A stretch of 64,000 nt of DNA from Styela clava (taxonomy: Eukaryota): positions 15,996,001-16,060,000 of the forward strand of contig NC_135251.1 of NCBI RefSeq assembly GCF_964204865.1. The letters are read 5' to 3'. Position 1 is the stretch's first letter; each line of letters opens with the position of its first letter. Positions 34,778 to 48,400 of the stretch are shown here, one piece after another. The notes under the pieces are model-generated. The model did not search any database, was not told the origin of the DNA, and worked only from the letters and a program-made list of their open reading frames with translations. Made by a program: the position numbers and the translations under genes.

Positions 34778-36269
34778 AACATTTTTACTTTTTTGTCAAG
34801 TTATATTAAATTTTAATTGTTCAATAAAATATATATTAGCGAAATGAGAGAACTGTAATTTAATCCTTTAGCCAAGTCGTTCACTAATACAATATTCTCC
34901 GCGAATCGTTCTACGTACGCTATAATTTCGTGTCAAAATGATTTATCAAGACCACGAAGGATTTTGAAAAACTTCAGTGGTATACTTCCAATCGGAATGG
35001 ATGACAACGTTTTATATTAAAATGATCCCGTAAACTAGTTTTACGTTTTTATTACATTATCATTATAGCGGTAGTTAGTTCATTGCAGCTGACGGGCAAC
35101 TAACTACAACTTAGAACAAATAGAACTAGTAACAAAATGAAACAAAAATTTAAACAACAAGGTTTTTAACGTTACTCATGCAAAAATGACTATTAATCTA
35201 TGAATTGAGAGATGAACGTAAAAATTAACAATATCAGTTGCACACTTAGAGTATTTAGGAAGAGGTAATGCAGCCCACACAAGAGATTACATGCGATGTA
35301 GATGTTTTATGATGTAAAAATAAATAGATTTTTAATGAAATATCCAATGGTTAATTAGTTATCATGCATCAGAACACAAATCATAAGTCGAAAAAGAGTT
35401 TACGAACATATAAAGTCGTTAGAACAAAGTGCTAAAAGTTTGTTTGCTGTATCAACCCGTTTTTTTTTGTTACATATGCTGTTTGCATTAAAATAATAAT
35501 ATAAGCAATAGTTGCATTGATAACGACAGAACAAACTTCAATATATATTATCAAGCAATGCTGGGTATACACGCTAGAGCAAAGGAAATCGTTTCACACT
35601 TTAAAAATAAACAAATTAAAAGCACATGCAAAGTCAAAATAAATCTGCATTACAAAATATAAAAAATTTCAGTGATCAAGCCCAAGATTAAACTGGTGAG
35701 TAAAGACGTGATATTAAGAGATCGAATTTGCACACATAAAACACGTTAAAAGAATTGCGTGTCTTTGGCCCAATGTCACCCCGAATGCTACGATGTTATG
35801 TTGGTATTCGAAATACGCAGCGATAAAATTATATCTTATACAATTGGGAATTAGTTGAAAAGTAGGGGTAGTGTTAAAAATAATCAATAACAAATAATCG
35901 TTTTGTCTGAAATATACGAGTTAGACTAGGAGGCGAGCAGTAAGAAAAGACCGACGTGTATAAACACGGAATGCCACTAAACGTCAGATATAATCTCATC
36001 CGGCATAACAAATCACACTCCACGGGGTGTTGATAGATTATTATTTTCCACTCATACTGTTAATAGAAAACAGGCGCCAATACAGGTTTGTCGAAAACCT
36101 CTGCAATATCAAAGTATCTCCTTATCTGACTATTCCTTCTCTAACCTCATATGAAATAAAGTGAACTACTTGAGTAATGTCCGAAGTGAAAAATAATTCA
36201 AACATTCTTGAGGATTCATTTATTATACGATAAAATATTTCAAATAAAATACAAAAAAAACATAATTTT

Positions 36270-37118
36270 TTACAATTTGGAACAAAAAGAAGGTGAAAAT
36301 ATCGAACTACATTCAGATCCATACGCTGAATCGTTTGGATTCTTCTCTTTCGTTGGAGTTTGTTGGATTAAAGCTATTTGGTCGGACGCAACCGAAAATT
36401 CATTCAATATTCCATCAACAAAATCAACATGAAGAATTGGGAGATCAACGTTTTCTTGATTGAAAGAAATTGAAAATAAACTTTCTGCAGTTGGGTCGGG
36501 ATGTTCTGGAATAACATTCATTGCTTCATTGAACAACAGGTCTGAGTCTACTAATTCTAATTCACAAGGGCCATCAAATACTTTGAAGTTGGAGTCGGTG
36601 AAGAGAAAATTAGAAGTACCAATCGCTTCTTCTGAATTACAGTTTGAATTGAAGTTTTGATTTGTGGCTTTGGCAGAAATATCCGTGGAATTGCACAAAC
36701 TATCAAAATCAGTTGAGGCAAAAGTGTCAAACAATGGACGACAAGCTGCAGCATCGATAGCATTTATGAAATCTTCTTCTTCTGAACCTGAACTATACAT
36801 GAACCTATAACGATCATCAAAATCTTTTTTGCCCTCTTTACATTCATGAAGAAATTTGATATATTTCAAAGCAAATTCAAGCGTTTGTTTCTTGTGAAGT
36901 TTTCGTCCTTTTGGAAGTCGAACTGGAATAATATTCTGCAGTGCTTCGAGTGCTTGATTGAAAACGCCTAAGCGCGATTTTTCTTTAGTCGCAGTTTTTG
37001 TCTTTTTTGATTTTCTGAAACTTGTTTGGTCATCATGTTCAAACTTTCTTTTAAGAGACGTTGTACTTCCTCCTGGCAAAAATGCAAGACCTGATTCACA
37101 ATTCCGCAAATTGTTCAT
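36270..37118 (-). CDS. Intronless bHLH transcription factor (copy F)
   Basis: 282-aa intact ORF with the same bHLH, ending CSKL. Confidence 0.9.
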   Translation of the reverse strand: MNNLRNCESGLAFLPGGSTTSLKRKFEHDDQTSFRKSKKTKTATKEKSRLGVFNQALEALQNIIPVRLPKGRKLHKKQTLEFALKYIKFLHECKEGKKDFDDRYRFMYSSGSEEEDFINAIDAAACRPLFDTFASTDFDSLCNSTDISAKATNQNFNSNCNSEEAIGTSNFLFTDSNFKVFDGPCELELVDSDLLFNEAMNVIPEHPDPTAESLFSISFNQENVDLPILHVDFVDGILNEFSVASDQIALIQQTPTKEKNPNDSAYGSECSSIFSPSFCSKL

Positions 37119-38812
37119 TTTTATTTCGTCTTGAGAGTATTATAGGCAGTTTGCAACAGTAATGATATGATTACGATGATCCATGGTGTTTATATTTATA
37201 TCTTAAATTTTCCAATTACTCGTCAATGTAGTCTGACCCGTGTCAGTTGGTGTTTCCGATTCATTAATCTCTATATCATCTTTATTGCAAACAAACGTGA
37301 TAATGCGGGACTCGAAGAACAGACGGTTTTACATAGATGTAGAAAGATCTATTTTTTGATTAATGGTTAATATGTTCGCTCAGCACAAGAGTCCGAATTT
37401 GTACTTCCGCCAGAATAACAAATAGCCCAACGGAACAAACAGCCCATGGAGTGCAGTGTGTTATCGGTGATAGCATTATAGTTGGTTGCCAGGGCGTACG
37501 TGGTTTTCACACATCGGTCTTTCATGTCACCTCTATTTCATAAACTTGAAATATAATTGCAAAAAAATTCATTCACGAATAATTTTGAAAGCCAAGCTTA
37601 GCACCATTTGATAAATTATAATTTGTTTGGACATAAAACAGTTGTGGAAAGTACCAACAGTTGTCAGTGACTCACAGTTTATCCTACTCTCAGCTTAGAA
37701 TCAAACTTGCACATCAAATCCAACGCTCCAGTGTATTTACATAGGTGTTATTAATACATCCGATATTGGACTAAAACAAATGAAAGAAGAACGCTTTGTG
37801 CTCCGCATTGGTCGACTGCCTCGCCGTTTCTTTCATCAAATTTAATGCTTTCATCGTTTCAGGCCTTACAGTAAATCGATATTCGATACCCGATATTTGT
37901 ACCCCCATATCTGAACAAAAGCCACCTATGTGTAATGCGCTACAGACGGAACGTTATCATTTGGTGCTGAAAGTTTGCTTGCTAGATCAACTCATGTTTT
38001 CGTTACATAATTATACTGTTTGCATTAACTGATAAGAAGCAATCGCAGCATTGATAACGGCAGAATAAACTTTCATATGATGAGGCCATGCCTGGTAAAC
38101 ACGATATAATAAATAACGTTTCGTTAAATCGTTTCACACTTTAATAAAAACAAACAACTTTTAGCACCTACGATGTCAAAATAAATCTGCTCTAAAATAT
38201 TTTGTAAAAATTTTACTAGTGATCAAGCACAATATTAAACTAAAGAATGAACACGTGATATGAAAAGAGCAAACTTGCGCACCTCGAAACAAGTTATTGC
38301 TGCATGCTGTCATCTCGCATGTTGCGATGGTATGAGTGGTATGGCCAAGCATATTCCAAATTAGAATTCGCTTACGATCATTACAAAAAATAAGAGACTT
38401 CGACACTAGGCTAGTAAAGAAGCTCTATAAAAGGCTGATGCCACGAATAAAACTAGAAGCCAACCATAATCTCATCCGCGATAACAAACTCATCAAGCAT
38501 TTTCCTATTCGGCCGGAAGTACAAATTCCGAATCTTATGCTTAGTGAAAATATTATACGTTATCCAAACAAACAGATCTCACTACATATACACAAGCACC
38601 GTCTGATATTCAGAATTTTCCGACTTCCGCGTTATTATTCTTGTTTGCAATAAAGATAATCTACCGATCACCTTATCGGAAATGCCCACCAACACGGGTC
38701 AGACTAAAATCGCCGGTAATTAGGAGATTCAAGTTATATGAAAAGAGTAAAAAGGTTGATGATCAAATCATTACTGTTGCAAACTTGCTCATAACACTCT
38801 CGAAAAAGTACA

Positions 38813-39648
38813 ATGAACGATATGAGGCATTGTCAATTAGATACTGCCATTTTAATGAGAAGAAGTACGTGCACTCTTAAAAGAAAGTTTAATTATGAAA
38901 ATCAATTTTAATCAAGTTACAGAAAACCAAAAAAGCCCGAAACAGCTGCTAAAAAAAAACGCGATTGAGCGTTGAGAAAGCGCTTGAAACAATGCAAAAT
39001 GTTATTCCAGTACGACTTCCGAAAGGACGTAAACTTCAAAAGAAACAGACCCTCGAATTTGCTGTGAAATACATCCAATTTCTTCACGAATGCAAAAAAG
39101 GTAAACAACGATTTTGACGATCGTTATAGGTTCATGTATAGTTCAGGATTGGAAGAAGAAGATTTCATAAATGCTTTTGATGCTGCAGCTTCTCGTTCAT
39201 TGTTTGAGCTTTTTTATGAACCTGATGCTGATAGTATATCTGCCAAAGATACGAATCTAAATTTAAAATCAAACCAGAGTTCAGAAGAGGTGATCAATAC
39301 TTTTCCTTTCCTCTTTACCGACGTCAACTACAAAGTATTAACTTATGTCAAATAGAAAAGGTGGACACTCACACAGAACAGTTGTTCAATGATGCAATGG
39401 ATGTTGTTTCAGAACAGCACAATCCTCGCGAACCAAGTTTATTTTAAATTTTCTTTAATCAAGGAAACTTTGATCTTCCAATTCTGCATGTTAGTTTTGT
39501 TGATGAAGTGTTAAATCGATCTATGATTGCCTCCGATGAAATAGCATCTTTTCAGCAAACTTCAACGAAAGAGCGAAATTTAAACGATTCAGCGTATGGA
39601 TCTGAATGTAGTTTTGTATTTTCATCTCCTTCTTGTTCCAAGTTGTAA
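38813..39648 (+). pseudogene. bHLH pseudogene (copy G, E-subtype)
   Basis: TAA at codon 33, further frameshifts, terminal ...SCSKL*. Confidence 0.88.
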
Positions 39649-42476
39649 AACATTTTTACTTTTTCGTTAAGTTATTTAAAAATTAAAAACGTTAACGTTT
39701 TTAAAGTTACTCATAAATTGATAGTTTATTCACGTTATGATTTTAGCAAAACTGATTAAAATGACTTTTTATGGGGTGTAGGAATAGGAATAGTAGGAAT
39801 ATGGAGCAGCATGAATAAGACCTGTCAACTTGAGCAGCTAGTACAATTTACAATAAATTATATTCACATATTTCTCTTAACTCTGAACGAATCGCTCTTT
39901 CACCCATAGATTTAGTTTCATGGTAATAAACTGATGGTTTGTCAGTCAAATAGTTCATAATGATAAGAAAAAAACATGCACGCAGTTCAAAGAGTATGAG
40001 CACGAAGAAAATTAGTAAAACTGACTTAATCAAACTCATTATACGACAAAGATAATGGGCGGCGTGATCAACAGTGAATCAATATTGACCGATAAAAAAT
40101 AACGATGCAAAAATAGGTTTGTTAAATAATAAATAAGAACAATTATATTTAAATTTATTTGATTTATTTTGTAAGAAGTTTTTAAACTGAACTCTGAACG
40201 TATAGATATCATATGGAATCCATAATATAGATGGTATATTGATTATTTACTGTATACGCATAAGCGAATGTTTAGTATATATTTAAATTTATTATCTGCT
40301 TTCCATAACTTTTCTTACGCACTGCGGTTTGAAGTGATTAAAAAGGTTTCTGAACTTTTAATTCATTGTATAAAATTTATATGTGAAACAGTGAAGTACA
40401 AATATCTTCAAAAATCTCTCATCGAGTGTCTATTTTGACTAAAGTGAATTTTAACCGCCAGATACGAATATTTGGTATTAACTTCGGTAATTGTAGTATG
40501 AAATACATATTGTGAATTGCACTCAATGAGTTACTTTACCTTAAATTGTTGACGTGTTGTGCTTCAGGCCAACTCATCTATGTAGAGAATGAGTATATTA
40601 TTTAGGACCTCGTAGACATAAAAACCATTTTCCGGAAATCAGTGCCTCACGTTCATAATTTTGCTAAATAGGAAAATGAAACACATAAGAAGTATATAAG
40701 CCAAAAATAAATATCTCACAATTCGAAATCATTTTAGTCCATCTCCGGTAGACTCACAGTTATTCTCAAATGTATAAAAAAAAGGGGGGGCTACACTTGG
40801 AGGACTGTAGGGTACAAACATAGAATAACTATTTATCCGTGGCCTTTGTCGATTGGGCGTATGCAATCGATAATATACTGTACAAAGTACAAACACATCT
40901 ATGATACGAATAAAACTTACTGAGTGAAGACTTCAATAAATAGGCTAAAGAATAATTACCGTTTACTTTATTGTTGTCTTCAACAATCATATTTTAACAT
41001 CGCTATTTGGTTCACTAAATATTGAATAATTGTTAATCAGTTCATCCAATATTTACTCTGCATAATTAATTCGATAAATTCACTTATTACAAGCTTTTAA
41101 CTGTGCTATTACTATATATATATATAAGTCACGCGTATGCTCTTATTCGATCATTGTTGTATGGGTAAGTCTGTGGTGTCTGTTCGTCAAGCAAAACGTT
41201 CGAGTAGAATATTCGCGATACGTGAAAGTGAAAGACCACTTGATATAGTCCTTCTGGCTCTACCTGATATATACCTATTGTCAATGTAATCGGATACCCT
41301 AACATTAAGCCAAAGAGAAAGCAGCAGTCGCGTTACTCCAATTGATCACATAAATATGAATATCATCAAAAGTTAACATGCTGCTTTGTTATGAAATGCA
41401 TCATTTTTGAAATGGTATCAATTGACTCTATGTTTAGTATATATTTTTACTTGGTTTTACCTATTATCTATGTCCGCAACTAAATTAATGAGAAAATACA
41501 TTGTACATGTCATATACTAACACAATTCTAATTATTCACCCTAAAAGTGATGACGTATCGAAAAACCCCGGAGTGGAGAAATTGGGGAACCCCCATGAAT
41601 AAAACCGAAGTGAGAAATTGGTATCAGTTTGCTCAGCTTTATTTGTCAGAAGCTGAAAGAGAATGATTAATACAGTTTGCCACTTGGCCGAGTGACACTG
41701 AGGTCTGTTCACTGCAGCTATATATAAGGTTAGAGCTGGAAATAGAATAGTGTATCAAGTATGTAAATAGTGATATGTGGAGACTTACTAATTTTAAAAA
41801 CTTCCCACAAAAATAAAAATTATAGCAAGAAATGTTGCCTATACTGACATCCCGAATTAAACCGAGTTGTCCAACATTTTTATACTAGTTGTATAAATGA
41901 AGGGCGGTTAAATAATTCGATTGTATGCTGATAGACTTAGGAAGAGTGTAATTGATCGCTATACCACCATATGTTTTGTGAGATTTGTAGATTGATACTT
42001 TATTGTTTATTAATATATTTATATACATTATATTTATTTCGCTAGACAAATTTTAGCTGGTCTGTATAAATCAACCCATGCCTATTAAGGTCAAAAACAA
42101 TTGCTCGACAACTCTTACTGTCTTAAAACATTAAAATTCTGGTAGGATAGAAATATAATAGTTATCTAAGTGGGTTCTAAGCTGAGGAATAGTAAATTGT
42201 CTGACTGACCTTTTTTCATTTCTAGAACTTGAACATTATGATATCTTGCAGACGCATTGCTGTATGAATCATTACAGTGCCTTTATTTCCTTGTTAGTGT
42301 CGAAACGGTATTTTATGTTACTTTGCAGTGACAGCACTGAAGTTAGAGCGTACCTTGAATAAGAAACGAGAACTCGTCTCATTTGTTTCTTTTTTGTTAG
42401 GTTATCGACGGTCTGTCTGTTTGATTATATTAAGCCATTGTATTATTAAGACATTTGTAGTCTTCTATCAACAAAA

Positions 42477-45400
42477 ATGTCAGCCAAAACAAGGTTTGTA
42501 AATGACGAAGCGGAGAGTTATGAATCTATCAACATTCAAGTCAAGTTCTCCGGACTTGATGTGATATCGTTGAAATCATCGGAGAAGACGTTGAATGTTG
42601 GAGGAAGAGAGGTAGATAAATCTAATTCTAATCAGTTACTACTCAATCGGATGAAAATCCTTTTTTGTGTTTGAGCTGGCGGAATGTTACACTTGGTTCC
42701 GTTACAATTGAACCCACGTACATTTGAACCCATGACAATTGCACCTGCATGCTCTTGCACATATGGACTTTTTTTTGTTTTACGGATAGTTGAACCCATA
42801 CCAACCCTAACCCATGGCATTTAGCACCCGCATATAGATTGAACCCGCGGATATACACATGGGTTCAAATGTACGGTCACCGTTACACTTAAATATCAAA
42901 CTTGAGTTACATAGCGTTTTCACATTGTACTGGCCCGCTCATATTCAATTCTTTTTGAAAGATTTTTAATCAGAATAGCAAATGTGTAACATTTTAGGTA
43001 CATTTGTGTCACTTTTACTTTCTAATATCTATACTGACATGAATCGGAAACTACAGTTTATTAGATAGCATAGTTCTCAATGAGCTCTATCATAAGCTTT
43101 AACATTATCCACTAAATATTTCGTATATTTTTGAAGTTTCCATCATCTAGATTTGGAACATGGATTTTCAATAACGGACATCAGCAGGAAGATGTCAAAG
43201 AAATTCTGATTAATGGGGGAATTGTTGTTGCTCTGATTTGGGGGATGTTGAAAACATATCCCGAGGTGAGTAATATTCTTGTTACTAAAAAAGATATTTA
43301 CACTACAATCGACCTAAATAATCGATAAAGGCAATATCAAAAACTCAACCTCAAGTGTATCATATTTATCACGACCATTTAGTTTGTATCTTTGCAGTGT
43401 ACATCAGTGAGATTGTTATGTACTTTCTCCTACCAAGAACCAAGTATAATGAAAATATTTAACTAACAGCAACCTATAATTCAAGCATCTGTCTAATTAT
43501 TTATTAGACTCCGGTGACCAAAAAACTGCTAATTCTGGCCTTCCAAACGTCGACGCACATAAGTGGCGACCTGGGCTTGACGGACGTAAGTCTTCGAACT
43601 TTCGAATCTACCCGCAATACCTGTCATTTTTTTTACGTAAGATAAAGTATAAGGGCAATGACCCTAACAACGTTTGACAACGCCTGGATGCTGGAACCGA
43701 TTTGTTCATGGTTTCAGTATTGAATGCACAACCGATGGATACACTCAGTATATTCTTTAATGGACGAAATGAAGTATTGACTATTCAGTGACTTAATTAT
43801 TTTAGGCGTTCGGCAAAGGCTTGACAGGACGCAAATGTATTTCTGTTAATGATACCAAACTTATTGCAATTTTATTTTTTCAGGTAACTGCTTGGGTTAC
43901 TGACGTGAATGGATATTGCTTTTCTTTGGATGTTAGGAAGAGTCAAAAGAAAAGAATGATAAATGAGATTGGTTGTGGAAAGATGGCGAAACAAGTCGAA
44001 AGAGCTTTGAAAAATCTTGCAGTCACGTCTTTCTACAAGAACATCAAAGTGAAGTTGTTCAAACTAATGTAAGTGATATTGATCAGTAATTCCGGTCAAA
44101 TTCTAACTAATTTGTAGTGGAAGGTAACTAAACAACGTTATTTCCTATGTTGATTTCTGTCTGATTCAGAACTAATAGCGGTGCTCGCAAATGAATATTT
44201 GATCGCTTTTTTTTTATATATATACACATATGATATATAGGTATTACTGAAAGAGCACTTTACAAATATTAAAACTGTTTTTCGCTTCATTTTTGCACCC
44301 CGATTTGAGGATGAATTCTCCTTACCCGGATCCTCATACCTTGAGCACTATTCGGTCATAAATTTATGTTACACCGACGACCTCATAATGTTCTGACTAT
44401 GACTATTTTCAGGCGAGATGCTAGTCCGAGTAAAAAGAGAACTGAAAATGGTATGATTTTTTTTTACAATATCGTCACGCTAATAACCGAATTGCGTAAG
44501 TCATTTTTAGCAGTTTTGAGAAAAACGTAAAAAACTTCCTAATGATTTTGTTATGCAATTGAGAGTCAATAATTTGCCATGGTTCAATTTTTTGATCGTA
44601 GCCGGATTTGGGTTAATTTGTATGACGCAGTTAAGTGACGTCATAATGGCGCACTGTGACTTAGGCAGAAATGTGTCTATGACTTGGTGACATACGCAAT
44701 TTGCAACTTCACTATATGCACCAGTCCTGAAAACTAAACATTCCAAAAACGAATGTAATTCTCAGTATCTACAATGTCTAATCCACAAAATAGCTAATCA
44801 GTTTCAATTAAATCATTTTTTTTGTTTAAAAATATATATTTAATCAATATAACACGTTCTGCACACCCACCGAAATAAGACTAAGATTAAATATAAAGAA
44901 TAAAACAGCAACGCACCCAATATAAAAGCCAACCAAGGTAAATTTGACTCGGACAGTGAATATCACAAGTGTACATCTTCCTATACTGTAGTAAAAATTC
45001 AAATTAATACGCGCTAAGCTAGAATCCGAGATGCAAAAACTCGAAAATACTTCGCCGAGGTTATTTTGCCTTTGTGACGTCACAATAGTACTGCGTAACA
45101 AGGATAATTCATTATGACGAAACAATTGCACAAATGTGCATGTCATACTAAATCTCCATTTTTATGGGTTTCGGAATTCCTGAAATAAAATCTGAGTTAA
45201 CAGACAGGTGCGCAGCATTACATAAATACCTATTTTATAAAAAACTCAAAATCGTCAAAAATGACTTACGCAATTCGGTTATTAGCGTGACGATATGTGA
45301 TCGAGTATTCATATGAGATTTACAGTAACATTGTTTAAGACTACAAAAGTTGATTCCAGTAGAAATTGTGTAACAAAACATTTACACATCCAATAATACA

Positions 45401-48400
45401 AGTGTAGTGAGAGTGTAGCCTACTCCGCGTGGACCTGATTCCTCCGAGGTCCGTATAACATACCGCAATATTTGCGTTGTCAAAAGCCAATATATTGTAA
45501 AATTACGCAATCAGATTGAAGCATACCAAAAAACGAATAATGAAATACACTTATGACTAAAACAAAGACAAGCAATTCTTGAGTGGGTGGGAGTACAATG
45601 ATGGATAATCTTGTACATAATCATAATAAATAAAGTGGAAATAAAGTGGGTGGACCTTGCTTCTACGCATTTAACATGCTCTATTGCTTCTGAGTAGTAA
45701 AAAATATTGAATTGCACAGTAACCATTAATCATTGAGTACAAAATTTCCTGAAGGAACAAATCATTTGTTCAAATTGCTTATGCTTAGAGTTTGTGATAT
45801 GCAGCGGTTTACTTTTTAAAGATTGATCCAAAACACGATTTTTCATTTTGTACGATCTCGTCAATATTAAATTTTATCCACACTTCTTTTTTTATTTATC
45901 GATATTCAGATGAAGATAAATCTGATCATATTTCAGAAGCCATGAGAATGAAGAAACTTGAAAATGCAGGTGATTGTCAAATCAAATTTATATAATATCT
46001 ATGGGGAATATTATAGCAATCAATAAATAGTCACCGATACAATAAAAATAAAACTATCCTACCATTTTCCAATAGGCCCTACCTGCTGATTTTAATTAAA
46101 TATAAATTGTGCTTAATTTAAAAGAGTTTGTTGACTCCTAGCCCAGCCTATAATCATAAAGATTGAAGGAAGATAAATAAAGCACAACCGGTGTTAGCAA
46201 GACCATATAAATTTCTATGCAGAAAAACTGGCACTCCCATAGTATGTGAACCAAGATGGCGGACACCGGAATATAGTATGTGTACCAGGTTAGGGTTAGG
46301 CCATAATTTTATCCCAATTTTCCTCATTTTCGTTCTATTACGTGTTCGGAGACTAGCCAAGTGACTCACGTAATATTGGTCCGCCATCTTGGTTCACATA
46401 CTACGGGAGTATCGAAAAACTCCATCAAGAAATGATATGACAAAGAACACTAGCGTGTATGCAAGAAAAATTACCAAAGCGTAAACTATGATCTAAAAGT
46501 ACGATAGCGTGATATAATAGTTCTAAGTAATTTGGCAAAAGTTTAAACAAGCATGGGGACTATTTAAACAACGGGATTATAAATATACCTCGTGGCAACG
46601 CACCACCAACAACCCTACACTAACGAATAATTGGGCTATCCCGGGTTGGAATTCAGCCAGGAATATCACATAACAATCGAAACAATTCACTCGCTGTTGT
46701 TGCGATTCACATAAAATTGCGGTTGTGATTAAATTGAGCGAATTGTTATAGTACGTATAAGAAATGCTGCTTGACAATTACATATCAGTCTGGAGAGGCA
46801 TGCTTAAAGTTTCATGTTTTTCTGTTATAAAGTTCTTAACCATGTTGAAATATTACCTGTAGAAAAAGTTGCAATATTCATGAATGACGGTAACTTCAGC
46901 TGGGCGTTTATGCGATTAAAGCAAGAATTGCAGACTGAAAAAGATGACGTTTCAAGGTGATGGTTTGTTGTAATAAATGGGCATTCTAGATAAACAGTAT
47001 CTAGTTATATCTATCTCAAATTAATATACATTTGCTCTCGTAGTAATGAACTCTTATGTACTTATGGACTATAGAATTCATGTCTCCAGTGCGAGAAATC
47101 AATGCAATAAAAAATATTTTAGAGGAAAATAGTCCTCGGACAAAATCGCCTTGTGATGTTCTTTTAATTATGACTTTTTTAATCCTTGATTAACTTATCA
47201 AATAGATAAAGTGCCTTGTCGTATTACTACGTAAAATGAATCGACTCTCGAGCCATTTAGTAGATCAATTTTGATGAAATGCCCGAATGCCTTAAATTGA
47301 GGATATACTGAATTCATTGTTTAGATATTTTACTTTTATTAGTCTTCTTTTTTTTAATCTTATTATTGTTTACTTTTTTAGACTACAGATGCTGTTAAGG
47401 CTTGCCATATGCTCATTACATCTCAGAAACGCTGATGAAATTGAAACGTCTACGGATCAAGTTTTGAGACTGATGAAGGTTGTCACCATTTCAGCCAAAC
47501 AACACAATGAATATCAGCATGATTTCCTTTTCCTTCACGAGATGTTCACCAAAATGGGACATTTCATCAGAGCGATAGAAATGGCTTTTGCTTTCAACAG
47601 AGTTACAAAAAAATTCCCGATTCTGATGAACGCATTGAGAAGATATTTCGCTACTTGACTCGTATTGTCGGATCTCTAACAGACCTTGTTTCGATTAATC
47701 CGGGAGCCTGTTTAATGAGTCAAGTGATTTTATATAAGCAACAGGTAAAGACAATATTATACTCAATACGTAAGTCATTGGAATTAAACAGCTAAGTTGT
47801 AAGCAAACTGTTAGACTAATAGTTTTATATTCTTTACCATATTTGTTATTTTTATGAACAATTTGACAAGAAATATGCCGACTTCTTTTTCACAAGGGTG
47901 GATAAAGAAATTGAAGACACTAAAAATGAGAAAAACTGTAGTCCATTAGTGATGGCTCGAAACGTATACTACATTGAAATCATGAAGACTCATATGGAAT
48001 CGGCAATAAACAAAAGTGTTGCACTTCTTTTCGGAGAAAATAGTGAGACAACTTTTTTTTTTGGAGTACAGCATAGTACTCGCACAAAAGTTTTATAAAA
48101 TTGTAAAAGATATCTGGCTTATCAAAATATTTGCTTTTCCAACACTGAATATGAATTATCTATATGTTGCTTTTTGCTACTTTTTGCTTCTCCATTATTA
48201 TGTTGCTGGATGATAGTGCATGCTGGGGTTTTGAATTACGGTTTAGTCAATTCGATGTTGTTGTATAAATACCATTATTTTTAATTAAAGAAATGCCTCG
48301 AAGAATTTATTTTTGCACAGCGAAAGAATTTAATGAAATGGTATGCTGTTGGAGTGATTATCCGTTTGTGGCGAAGAAGCTAGCAGAACATCCATTAACA

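Noticed and set aside
33461-38653. Paired 105-aa ORFs (33461-33778, 38336-38653) upstream of bHLH copies E and G
   Set aside because: GTG starts; they overlap the promoter module, which is non-coding in other copies; similarity is explained by recent duplication.
39700-42470. Short ORFs and AT-rich stretches
   Set aside because: No motifs, splice-consistent frames or repeats recognised; treated as intergenic/5' region.
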